Shown here piece after piece: positions 9,326 through 18,169 of a stretch of 64,000 nt of DNA. The notes under the pieces are model-generated. The model worked only from the letters and a program-made list of their open reading frames with translations, was not told the origin of the DNA and ran no database searches. The stretch's first letter is position 1, and each line of letters begins with the position of its first letter. Source of the DNA: Vicinamibacteria bacterium (GTDB lineage: Bacteria > Acidobacteriota > Vicinamibacteria > Fen-336); contig CAUZDW010000008.1 of NCBI GenBank assembly GCA_963578825.1, positions 24,640-88,639 on the forward strand. The letters run 5' to 3'. A program made the position numbers and the translations under genes.

Positions 9326-9751
9326 TCAGCGGGACCGACGACGTGTCAGCGTCCAGTTCTCGATGGACAATCCCTTCACGCGTTCGAACTCCGTCGTGTT
9401 GTTCGTCACGAGCGTGAGGCCGAGACTCCGCGCGTGTGCTGCAATGAACAAGTCGTTGGCACCGATGAGAGCTCCGCGCTTCTTCAGGTCCGCCCGAATC
9501 TCGGCGTAGTGAGAAGCGGTGTCGTCGTTGAAGTGTAGCGCCTCGACGTACGGTAGCAACGCGGCGAGCGCTGCTGCATCCTGCTTGCGGCGCGGCGATA
9601 TTTCGACACCGTAGAGCAATTCAGCCCGGGTGATGAACGACATACAGACGTCGGTCACAGGCACGGCCTGCAACCGGCGCAGCACCGGCGGGCTGGACCG
9701 CTTCATGATGTAGGAGCACGTGTCTGTGTCCAGCATGTACCGGGCCATCAA
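9326..9751 (-). CDS. vapC: PIN-domain toxin VapC (type II TA)
   Basis: MMARYMLDTDTCSYIMK...TRAELLYGVE...NDLFIAAHARSLGLTLVTNNTTEF, with the PIN acidic residues. The start overlaps the vapB stop (ATGA). Local GC is visibly lower than the surroundings. Confidence 0.8.
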   Translation of the reverse strand: MMARYMLDTDTCSYIMKRSSPPVLRRLQAVPVTDVCMSFITRAELLYGVEISPRRKQDAAALAALLPYVEALHFNDDTASHYAEIRADLKKRGALIGANDLFIAAHARSLGLTLVTNNTTEFERVKGLSIENWTLTRRRSR

Positions 9752-9975
9752 GGCTCGCGCTCCTGCACTGGCAGGTCCTCGACGTCGCCCATGAACGCGT
9801 CCGACGCGACGGCGGCGCTCTCGAGGTACGGACCCCAGTCTCGCGGGCGGGGAGAGAGGATCACGTCCTCACCCTCTTTGCGGATGAAGACCTCGTTTGT
9901 GGAGAACTGGTACTCCTTGGGCAGCCGCACGGCCTGGCTGCGGTTGGTCATGAAGACTTTGGCGGTACGCGGCAT
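9748..9975 (-). CDS. vapB: SpoVT/AbrB-type antitoxin VapB
   Basis: MPRTAKVFMTNRSQAVRLPKEYQFSTNEVFIRKEGEDVILSPRPRDW. There is a GGAGG 9 nt before the ATG. The ORF extension to 10023 only translates the upstream AT-rich palindrome. Confidence 0.75.
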   Translation of the reverse strand: MPRTAKVFMTNRSQAVRLPKEYQFSTNEVFIRKEGEDVILSPRPRDWGPYLESAAVASDAFMGDVEDLPVQEREP

Positions 9976-10002
9976 GGTCAGCAACCTCCAGAAATGGGTG
10001 CC

Positions 10003-10018
10003 ATATACGTGAGTATAT
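10003..10018. promoter_or_regulatory. Palindrome ATATAC-gtga-GTATAT in the vapB promoter; candidate VapB operator and -10 region
   Basis: Perfect 6-bp inverted repeat, AT-rich, about 28 nt upstream of the vapB ATG. On the minus strand it reads ...TATACTCACGTATAT..., which is -10-like. Confidence 0.4.
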
Positions 10019-10111
10019 CCCATCCCATCCGCTCTCGGCCGGCGCGCCGGTTTCGCCTACACTTGGGGCCGCCGGGGGCCCGAGCGGGCCACGCCGGGCA
10101 GGGAGTGTCCG

Positions 10112-13100
10112 ATGCGCGATCTGTGGCGATCCGTCGTGCTGGTTCTCGGGGTGGGGCTCGTGGTCGCCGCGGTCGTCTGCTCCCGCCCCCGACCCGTGGC
10201 CCGCGGACCACTCTCCCCTGCCGAGGCCGCCGTCGTCTCGGCGTTCACCGGGGGCACGATCTCCCGCGAGAGCCCAGTCCGGGTCGTGTTCAACGAACCC
10301 CTCGGCACGGGTCAGCCCCAGAACGCGCCTCTCGAGAGCGAGCCCTTCCGCTTTGACCCACCCCTCGAAGGGGTGACGGTCTGGACGTCTCCCAGCCGCC
10401 TCGAGTTCCGCCCCGGAGACCGTCTCGAGGAGGGCCGAACGTACTCCGCGCGCCTCGACCTCGAAGCCCTCCTCGGCAACGACGCCCCTGCCGATATCGA
10501 TCGCTTCGAGTTCACCTTCTCGGCGATGCGTCAGTCCTTCTCGGTCAACATCGAGGGCCTTCTGGCGGCGGACACGTCCGACATCGCCCAGCAGAAGCTG
10601 AGCGGGCGTCTCGTCACCGCCGATGTCGAGTCCGACGCGAAGGTCGAGCCACTGATCAGCGCCACTCAGGAGGGCAGAGCCCTCGAGATCGCCTGGAACC
10701 ACCACACGGACCGGCGCAGCCACGCTTTCGTAGTGAAAGCGATCGTCCGTGGCGACGAGACATCGAGTGTCGCTGTGCGGTGGGACGGCTCTTCGATCGG
10801 CGTGACCGAAGACGGCAGCCAGGAGATCGAGGTGCCTGCCGTCGACACGTTCACCGTGAGCCTGGCCCGCCCGGTGCAGGGCCGAGAGGAGTACGTGGAG
10901 CTGCGCTTCACGGACCCGCTGCGCCCCAACCAGAGCCTCAAGGGGCTCGTCGTCATCGGTGATCGGAAGGATCTCCGCTTCGTCATCCGCGGAAGCCTCG
11001 TCGAGATCTACGCCACGGGAGGCTTCTCGGGCGACCTGACCGTCCGGGTCGCCGCCGGTGTCAGAAACGCCCTCGGGTACCGCATGAAGGAAGCGCGCGA
11101 GCTGGGCGTTGCGTTCGAGCCGGTCAAGCCGCAGGTGCGCTTCGCCGGCACCGGCGTCATCGTGCCCACCTCGGCCAACCTAACCGTCGCCATCGAGGCC
11201 GTGAACCTCCGCGCTGTCGTCGTCGAGGCCATCCGGGTCCCCGAGACCAACCTCCCCCAGTTCCTGCAGGTGAACGACCTCGACGGCGAGCGGGAGCTGA
11301 ACCGTGTGGGTCGTGTCGTCTGGAGCAGGACCGTCTCCCTCGAGGTGACCGCCGACAAGCAGGATCGCCGGGTGGCGATCGGGCTGGATCTGTCTCCCCT
11401 CGTGGCGGACGGACCCGGCGGACTCTATCGGCTCACGCTCTCCTTCCGGCGCCCGCACATCCTGTGGTCGTGCCCGGGCGACGCCGCACTCGACGAGGAG
11501 CTGACGACCGCCAGCGAGCTGGCCACCGGCGAAGAGGAGGCCAGCTACTGGGACGCCTGGCTGCAGAACGAGGGCGACGATTGGCGGTCACGATACGAAG
11601 GCCGCCGCGACCCCTGCAACCCTGGCTACTACCAACACTTCTATGACCACGACATCCGCGCCTCGCGAAACGTCCTCGTGTCCGACATCGGTCTCATCGC
11701 CAAGGCGGGCGAGGACGGCACGGTGCTGCTGGTGGCCACGGACCTGCGTTCAGCGGCGCCCCTCCAGGGCGCTGCCGTCACGCTCACCGACTCTCAGCAC
11801 GGCACTCTCGCCACCGGGCACACCGGGGGCGACGGCCTCGTCCGCCTCGAGGTGGAGCGGGCTCCCTTCCTCGCCATGGCGCGCCACGGGAGACAGACCG
11901 GCTACCTGCGCCTCGACAACGGGAGCGCCCTCTCCATGGCGCATTTCGACGTCGCGGGGTCCCGGTCTCCCAAGGGTCTCAAGGGCTTTCTCTACGGCGA
12001 GCGGGGCGTCTGGCGGCCGGGCGACACGCTGCACCTCACGTTCATCCTCCAGGACCCCTCGGGACGGCTCGCCTCGGCCGAGCATCCTGTTCGCTTCGAG
12101 CTTCTCAACCCGCGGGGACAGGTGGTGCGGACGCTGACCCGGGCCGACTGGACCGACGGTTTCTCGGTCTTCGAGATCGCGACACCGCCGGACGCTCCCA
12201 CGGGCGCCTACACCGGGCGGGTCACGGTGGGCGGGGCGGTCTTCGAAAAGGCTCTCAAGATCGAGACGGTCATGCCCAACCGCCTCAAGATCGGCCTCGA
12301 CTTCGGACGGGAGATGCTGGAGTCGAGCGAAAGCCTGTCCGCCGCCCTGACGGCGACGTGGCTTCACGGTGCGACCGCCCGGAACCTGAAGGCCGACGTG
12401 GAGCTGGCGCTGTCCGCAGGGCGGACGCGGTTCGATCGCTGGGCCGAGTTCGTCTTCGACGACCCGACCCGGCGGTACGCGACCGAGCGCCAGACCGTCT
12501 TCGACGGCGCCCTCGACGCCTCCGGTCACGCGCGTGTCGACGCGCGGGTCGACCCGGGGGATGCTGCGCCCGGGATGCTCCGGGCCGACTTCACGACCCG
12601 TGTCTTCGAGCCCGGCGGGGCGTTCAGTATCGACCGCTTCAGCCTCCCGTTCTCGCCGTACGAGCGCTACATCGGCATCCGGCCGCCCAGGGGCGATCGG
12701 GCGCGGGGCATGCTCCTCACGGATACGACGCACGAGCTCAGCATCGTGGCGGTGGACTCCTCGGGACGCCCGGCGGGAGACGGCACGGTGGAGGTGAAGC
12801 TCTACAAGATCGACTGGCGCTGGTGGTGGGAGAAGGGCGAGCGTGGCCTGGCGGCGTGGGCGGAGGCGACCGCGCACACGCCCCTCGACTCGGGGGTGGT
12901 GACGCTCGAGGACGGAGTCGGGACGTGGCCCTTCGAGATCAAGCACCCCGAGTGGGGCCGCTACCTCATCACGGCTGCCGACCGGAAGGGCGGTCACCGG
13001 ACCGGGCAGGTCGTCTACATCGACTGGCCGGGATGGGCCGGGCGCGGGCGGAAGGAGGCCCAGGGGGCCACGGTCTTGACCTTCGCCGCCGAGAAGGAGG

Positions 13101-15673
13101 AGTACGACGTGGGCGAGACGGTGACTCTCGTCCTGCCCACCCCGCAGAAGGGGCGGGCCCTCGTCAGCCTCGAAACCGGGTCTTCGGTGCTGCGAACCGA
13201 ATGGGTCGAGGCCACCGGGACCGAGACCCGTTACCGTTTCGAAGCCACTCCGCGGATGGCGCCCACCATCTACGCCCACGTCACCCTGCTGCAGCCCCAC
13301 GGGCAAACGGCCAACGACCTTCCGATCCGCCTGTATGGCGTGACCCCGGTGAAGGTGCTCGACCCGAAGACACGCCTCCAGCCCGTGGTGGAGTCGGCGG
13401 AGGTCTTCTCTCCCGAGAGCCAGGCGACGATCACGGTCCGTGAGGCCTCGGGACGGCCGATGACCTACACGCTTGCCGTGGTGGACGAAGGGCTTCTGGG
13501 CCTCACCCGCTACGCCACGCCGAATCCCTGGGACCACTTCTACGCCCGCGAGGCCCTCGGTGTGAGGACATGGGACCTCTACGATCAGGTCCTCGGCGCC
13601 TGGGGCGGAGTGCTGGAGCGTCTGCTCGCCATCGGCGGAGACGAGGAGGGGGTGCGCGCCGACGCACAACGCGCCAACCGCTTTCCACCGATGGTGCGTT
13701 TCCTCGGACCCTTCCGCCTGGCCGCCGGGGCCGCCGGAACACATGACGTCGACGTGCCCCAGTACGTGGGAGCTGTCCGGGTGATGGTGGTGGCCGGACG
13801 GGATGGGGCCTTCGGTGCGGCCGATCGGCAGGCCTTCGTGCGGCGCCCGCTCATGATCCTGGCGACACTCCCTCGTGTGCTCGGGCCCGAGGAAGAGGTG
13901 GCGCTTCCGGTGTCGGTCTTTGCCATGGAGCCGCAGGTCCAGGACGTCGAGGTGTCGGTGAAGACCTCCGGGCCACTCCGGGCCGATCCGCCCGTCCGCA
14001 AGACGCTCTTGTTCGACGCCCCGGGCGACGATCTGGTGAGCTTCGATCTGCGGACCGCGTCGGGGCTCGGCGTCGGGACCGCCACGGTGGAGGCCGTCTC
14101 GGGCTCGGAGCGGGCGGTCCAGACCATCGAGATCGACGTGCGGATGTCGACGCAACTGGCGGTGGACGTCCTCGGCACGACGCTCCAGCCCGGGGAATCC
14201 TGGAGGCCCAGGGTGTCCTTCCCCGGGCTCCCCGGTACGAACGAGGCGACCCTCGAGGTGTCCCGGACTCCCCCCCTCGACCTGGGACGACGGCTCGCCT
14301 CGCTGCTGCGATACCCGCACGGCTGTGTGGAGCAGGCCGTCTCCGCCGCCTTTCCCCAGCTCTCCCTCGGCCGTCTTCTCGAGCTCGCCCCGTACCAGGA
14401 GGAACGGGTCGAAAAAAACGTCAAGGCCGCCCTGGAGCGACTGCAGTCGTTCCAGACCTCGGGCGGAGGCTTCGGCTACTGGCCCGGCGACGACGATCCC
14501 AGCGACTGGGTGACGAACTACGCCGGCCACTTCGTCCTCGAGGCCTGGGCCGCGGGCTACCTGCCCCCACCCGGGATGCTCGACCAGTGGACGCGGTTCC
14601 AGGAGCGACGGGCGCGGGCCTGGGTGCCGGGATCGGGACGGGCCGAGCTCGTGCAGGCCTACCGGCTCTTCACGCTGGCCCTGGCCGGAGCCCCCGAGCT
14701 CGGGGCCATGAACCAGCTCCGCGAGCAGGACACTCTGCCCGTGACCACCCGCTGGCGGCTGGCCGCGACCTACGAGATGGCCGGCCAGCCCGAGGCGGCG
14801 GACGCGTTGGCCACTCCGGGCCCGGTGACGGTCAAGCCCTATCGCGAGCTGGCCGGCACGTTCGGCTCGGACGTGCGGGACCGGGCAATGATCCTCGAGT
14901 CGCTCCTCATCCTCGAGCGGGGCGAATCCATCGGCCCTCTCGTGCAGAGCCTCTCCAAGTCTCTCTCTTCGAACCGCTGGCTCAGCACCCAGGAGACGGC
15001 GTACGCACTCCTGGCCCTGGCCCGATCCGCGGGACCGGTGGGAGCCGAGACGGCGTTCACGTGGGCGTGGCGAGACACAGAAGCGGTCCGGGCCACGTCA
15101 CCAGCTCCTCTCGTCCAGCGCGAGCTCGAGACCGACGAGGAGACGCGGGGCTCGCTCGTCGTGAGCAACGTGGGCGAGGGAGTTCTCTACCCTCGCGTCA
15201 TCCTGTCCGGGATGCCTGCGGTCGGCCGCGAGACCGCCGCATCCAACGGGCTCGTGCTCGGCGTCGAATACAAGACGACGGACGGTGGGGCTCTGAATCC
15301 GTCGCGCCTCGACCAGGGGACCGACTTCAAGGCCATCGTGACCGTCACCAACACCGGGGAGCGGGGCGACTATGACCAGCTGGCCCTCTCGCATCTCGTC
15401 GCCTCGGGCTGGGAGATCCACAACGAGCGGATGGGTCCCGGCGGTCGGCGGCCTCCGACGAGTATCACGTACCAGGACGTCCGCGACGACCGAGTCTACA
15501 GCTACTTCAATCTGCGAGCCGGGGAGACGAAGACCGTGGAGCTTCTCCTGAACGCCAGCTACCTCGGCCGCTTCTACCTCCCGCCGGTCGGGATCGAGGC
15601 CATGTACGACGCCACGATCAATGCCCGCGTCGTGGGGCGCTGGGTCGAGGTGGTGCAGGCGGGGAGCCGCTAG
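10112..15673 (+). CDS. Bacterial alpha-2-macroglobulin (YfhM/ECAM-like), 1853 aa, lipoprotein
   Basis: N-terminal signal with Cys (VAAVVCS). A long run of MG-like repeats leads to the thioester motif GCVEQ in LLRYPHGCVEQAVSAAFPQLSLG. C-terminal receptor-binding-like region. A single uninterrupted ORF with a TAG stop. Confidence 0.85.
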   Translation: MRDLWRSVVLVLGVGLVVAAVVCSRPRPVARGPLSPAEAAVVSAFTGGTISRESPVRVVFNEPLGTGQPQNAPLESEPFRFDPPLEGVTVWTSPSRLEFRPGDRLEEGRTYSARLDLEALLGNDAPADIDRFEFTFSAMRQSFSVNIEGLLAADTSDIAQQKLSGRLVTADVESDAKVEPLISATQEGRALEIAWNHHTDRRSHAFVVKAIVRGDETSSVAVRWDGSSIGVTEDGSQEIEVPAVDTFTVSLARPVQGREEYVELRFTDPLRPNQSLKGLVVIGDRKDLRFVIRGSLVEIYATGGFSGDLTVRVAAGVRNALGYRMKEARELGVAFEPVKPQVRFAGTGVIVPTSANLTVAIEAVNLRAVVVEAIRVPETNLPQFLQVNDLDGERELNRVGRVVWSRTVSLEVTADKQDRRVAIGLDLSPLVADGPGGLYRLTLSFRRPHILWSCPGDAALDEELTTASELATGEEEASYWDAWLQNEGDDWRSRYEGRRDPCNPGYYQHFYDHDIRASRNVLVSDIGLIAKAGEDGTVLLVATDLRSAAPLQGAAVTLTDSQHGTLATGHTGGDGLVRLEVERAPFLAMARHGRQTGYLRLDNGSALSMAHFDVAGSRSPKGLKGFLYGERGVWRPGDTLHLTFILQDPSGRLASAEHPVRFELLNPRGQVVRTLTRADWTDGFSVFEIATPPDAPTGAYTGRVTVGGAVFEKALKIETVMPNRLKIGLDFGREMLESSESLSAALTATWLHGATARNLKADVELALSAGRTRFDRWAEFVFDDPTRRYATERQTVFDGALDASGHARVDARVDPGDAAPGMLRADFTTRVFEPGGAFSIDRFSLPFSPYERYIGIRPPRGDRARGMLLTDTTHELSIVAVDSSGRPAGDGTVEVKLYKIDWRWWWEKGERGLAAWAEATAHTPLDSGVVTLEDGVGTWPFEIKHPEWGRYLITAADRKGGHRTGQVVYIDWPGWAGRGRKEAQGATVLTFAAEKEEYDVGETVTLVLPTPQKGRALVSLETGSSVLRTEWVEATGTETRYRFEATPRMAPTIYAHVTLLQPHGQTANDLPIRLYGVTPVKVLDPKTRLQPVVESAEVFSPESQATITVREASGRPMTYTLAVVDEGLLGLTRYATPNPWDHFYAREALGVRTWDLYDQVLGAWGGVLERLLAIGGDEEGVRADAQRANRFPPMVRFLGPFRLAAGAAGTHDVDVPQYVGAVRVMVVAGRDGAFGAADRQAFVRRPLMILATLPRVLGPEEEVALPVSVFAMEPQVQDVEVSVKTSGPLRADPPVRKTLLFDAPGDDLVSFDLRTASGLGVGTATVEAVSGSERAVQTIEIDVRMSTQLAVDVLGTTLQPGESWRPRVSFPGLPGTNEATLEVSRTPPLDLGRRLASLLRYPHGCVEQAVSAAFPQLSLGRLLELAPYQEERVEKNVKAALERLQSFQTSGGGFGYWPGDDDPSDWVTNYAGHFVLEAWAAGYLPPPGMLDQWTRFQERRARAWVPGSGRAELVQAYRLFTLALAGAPELGAMNQLREQDTLPVTTRWRLAATYEMAGQPEAADALATPGPVTVKPYRELAGTFGSDVRDRAMILESLLILERGESIGPLVQSLSKSLSSNRWLSTQETAYALLALARSAGPVGAETAFTWAWRDTEAVRATSPAPLVQRELETDEETRGSLVVSNVGEGVLYPRVILSGMPAVGRETAASNGLVLGVEYKTTDGGALNPSRLDQGTDFKAIVTVTNTGERGDYDQLALSHLVASGWEIHNERMGPGGRRPPTSITYQDVRDDRVYSYFNLRAGETKTVELLLNASYLGRFYLPPVGIEAMYDATINARVVGRWVEVVQAGSR

Positions 15674-15691
15674 GAAGCGGCGCGGCACCAG

Positions 15692-18169
15692 GTGAAGACG
15701 GTGAGGTTCAAGTGGCCACGATGGCGACCCGGCGTCGGCGCGAGGCTCGCCGGGGCCTCGCTCCTCGGCCTGTTCGCCTTCTGGGCGCTGGTGCCGGTGG
15801 TCCCTTTCGACGACCCGCTCTCCACGGTGATCCTCGACCGCGAGGGCCAGCTCCTCGGCGCAACGATCGCCGCGGATGAGCAGTGGCGTTTCGGAGTGGC
15901 GGCTGCCGCGGCAGTGCCGGAGAAGTTCGTGGCCGCCATCACCTGCTTCGAGGACCGCCGTTTCTTCCGACACCCCGGCGTCGACCCCCTGGCGCTGGCC
16001 CGCGCTCTCGGCCAGAACATCCGTCACGGCCGCGTGGTGAGCGGAGGCTCGACACTCACCATGCAGGTCGTGCGCCTGGCCCGCAAAGACCGGCCACGGA
16101 CATACACCGAGAAGGCCGTCGAGGCGGCGCTGGCTCTGCGGCTTTCGATGTCGCTTTCGAAGAAGGAGGTCCTCGCCCTCTACGCCGCATACGCCCCGTT
16201 CGGCGGAAACACCGTGGGCCTCGACGCTGCGGCGTGGCGCTACTTCGGCCGTTCGGCGGCGCGGCTCTCCTGGGGAGAGATCGCGACGCTGGCCGTGCTC
16301 CCGAACGCGCCGTCCCTGATCCACCCGGGGCGAAACCGGAGCCGGCTCCTGCTCAAGCGCAACCGGCTGCTCGACGCGCTGCGGGAGCGCGGCGCCCTCG
16401 ACGCCATGAGCGCCACGCTGGCCAAGGACGAGCCCCTGCCCCCGGCGCCCAGGCCGGTGCCCCGCGTCGCCCCCCATCTCCTCGAGCGCGTGCGAGCCGA
16501 GCGCCGAGCGGGATCCTGGCGAACCGGAGAGCCGAGCCCCTGGGTGTGGACCACTCTCTCCCACGACGTGCAGGTCCGGGCGAGCGTCGTCCTCGAGCGA
16601 CACCACCGCCGGCTCTCGGCACGCGGCGTCCACAACGCGGCGGCGCTCGTGGCCGAGGTCGACACGGGTCGGGTTCTCGCCTACGTCGGCAACCTCTCGC
16701 ACTTCGACCTGCCCGACCGGGGACACTGGGTCGACGTCGTCCCAGCGCCCCGGAGCACCGGAAGCATCCTGAAGCCGCTGCTCTATGCGGCGATGCTGGA
16801 CGCCGGTGAGGTGCTGCCCGGACAGCTCGTCCCCGACGTCCCCACACGCCTCGGGTCCTTCCACCCGGAGAACTTCGATCGCACCTACTCGGGGGCCGTT
16901 CCCGCCCAGCGGGCCCTCGCCCGCTCGCTCAACGTCCCGGCGGTGCGCCTGCTGAGGGCCTTCGGCACCGACCGCTTCACGGTGCTGCTCCGCCGGCTCG
17001 GGCTCACGACGCTCGAGAGATCGGGCGCACACTACGGCCTCTCGTTGATCCTGGGAGGGGCGGAGGGAACCCTCTTCGACGTCACCGGCGCCTATGCCGG
17101 GCTGGGGCGGCTGGTGAGACGCACCGAGCTCGGGGAGTCCCCGGAGGGCGCGTTCCATCCCCTGACCTATCTGGACGAGCCGTCTCCGGGGACTCGGAGC
17201 AGGAATGGCGACGCCCCGATCGGCCCGGGCGCCGTCTGGCTCACCCTCGAGGCCATGCTGGAGGTGGAGCGGCCCGGGGACGATTTCGCCTGGCGCGCGT
17301 TCTCGTCGTCCCGAAAGATCGCCTGGAAGACCGGAACCAGCTACGGCTTCCGGGACGCCTGGGCGGTGGGCGTCACGCCCCGTCACGTGGTGGGCGTGTG
17401 GGCGGGCAACGCGGACGGCGAAGGACGGCCCGGTCTCACCGGATACTCCGCCGCCGCCCCCATACTCTTCGATCTCTTCGACCTCCTCCCGGGGCGCGGC
17501 TGGTTCGAAGAGCCGGGTCGAGACCTGGCCGAAGTCGAAGTCTGTGCCGACAGCGGCATGCGCCGGGGTCGACACTGTCCGGCGGGCCGGCCGCAGCTCG
17601 TGACGATCCGGGGACTGGAGACGCCGCCCTGCGCCTACTGTCGGCTCGCCCACCTGGACCGGGGAGGCGACTGGCAGGTGCACGGAGACTGCGAGCGGGT
17701 GAGGGACATCGAGAGCGTGCCCCGGTTCGTCCTCCCGCCGGCGATGGAGACCTACTATCGCCTTCGGCACGCCGACTATCGGCCCCTGCCGCCGCTGCGT
17801 CCGGATTGCCGCTCGTCAGTGGGTCCGCGAGCGGCCGCCGCTCTCGACTGCGTCTCCCCGCGAGAGGGCGCGACGCTGTACGTTCCCGTCGAGATGGACG
17901 GCTCGCTTGGGCGGGTCGTCTTCGAAGCCGCTCACCGCGACCCGGCGACCACTGTCTTCTGGCACCTCGACGGCGAGTACCAGGGCCGGACCCGCGACAT
18001 TCACCAGATGGCCCTCGCCCCCCCGCCCGGGAGCCACGTCCTGACGCTCGTCGACGAGAGCGGCGAGTCCGTCACGCGCCGTTTCCGAGCGCTGCGTCGC
18101 GTCACAGCTTCAGGAGCCGCGGTGGGGGCGCCGCAGGCCGGGCGTCGCCGCCTCGCTCAGCGGGAGTAG
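15692..18169 (+). CDS. pbpC: Penicillin-binding protein 1C (transglycosylase/transpeptidase)
   Basis: GT51 motifs EDRRFFRHPGVD and GGSTLTMQVVR; transpeptidase STGSILKP, SLN and KTGTSYG; C-terminal PBP1C-specific domain. It starts 18 nt after the A2M stop, the classic A2M-pbpC pairing. Confidence 0.85.
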   Translation: MKTVRFKWPRWRPGVGARLAGASLLGLFAFWALVPVVPFDDPLSTVILDREGQLLGATIAADEQWRFGVAAAAAVPEKFVAAITCFEDRRFFRHPGVDPLALARALGQNIRHGRVVSGGSTLTMQVVRLARKDRPRTYTEKAVEAALALRLSMSLSKKEVLALYAAYAPFGGNTVGLDAAAWRYFGRSAARLSWGEIATLAVLPNAPSLIHPGRNRSRLLLKRNRLLDALRERGALDAMSATLAKDEPLPPAPRPVPRVAPHLLERVRAERRAGSWRTGEPSPWVWTTLSHDVQVRASVVLERHHRRLSARGVHNAAALVAEVDTGRVLAYVGNLSHFDLPDRGHWVDVVPAPRSTGSILKPLLYAAMLDAGEVLPGQLVPDVPTRLGSFHPENFDRTYSGAVPAQRALARSLNVPAVRLLRAFGTDRFTVLLRRLGLTTLERSGAHYGLSLILGGAEGTLFDVTGAYAGLGRLVRRTELGESPEGAFHPLTYLDEPSPGTRSRNGDAPIGPGAVWLTLEAMLEVERPGDDFAWRAFSSSRKIAWKTGTSYGFRDAWAVGVTPRHVVGVWAGNADGEGRPGLTGYSAAAPILFDLFDLLPGRGWFEEPGRDLAEVEVCADSGMRRGRHCPAGRPQLVTIRGLETPPCAYCRLAHLDRGGDWQVHGDCERVRDIESVPRFVLPPAMETYYRLRHADYRPLPPLRPDCRSSVGPRAAAALDCVSPREGATLYVPVEMDGSLGRVVFEAAHRDPATTVFWHLDGEYQGRTRDIHQMALAPPPGSHVLTLVDESGESVTRRFRALRRVTASGAAVGAPQAGRRRLAQRE

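Noticed and set aside
11750-14530. 926-aa minus-strand ORF, along with other long antisense ORFs (15098..17770, 17398..19863, 40166..42649, 61163..63316 and similar)
   Set aside because: Typical high-GC antisense open frames inside well-supported genes (A2M, pbpC, GT39, TPR, ABC). Composition is R/G/P/H-rich and there are no domain signatures.
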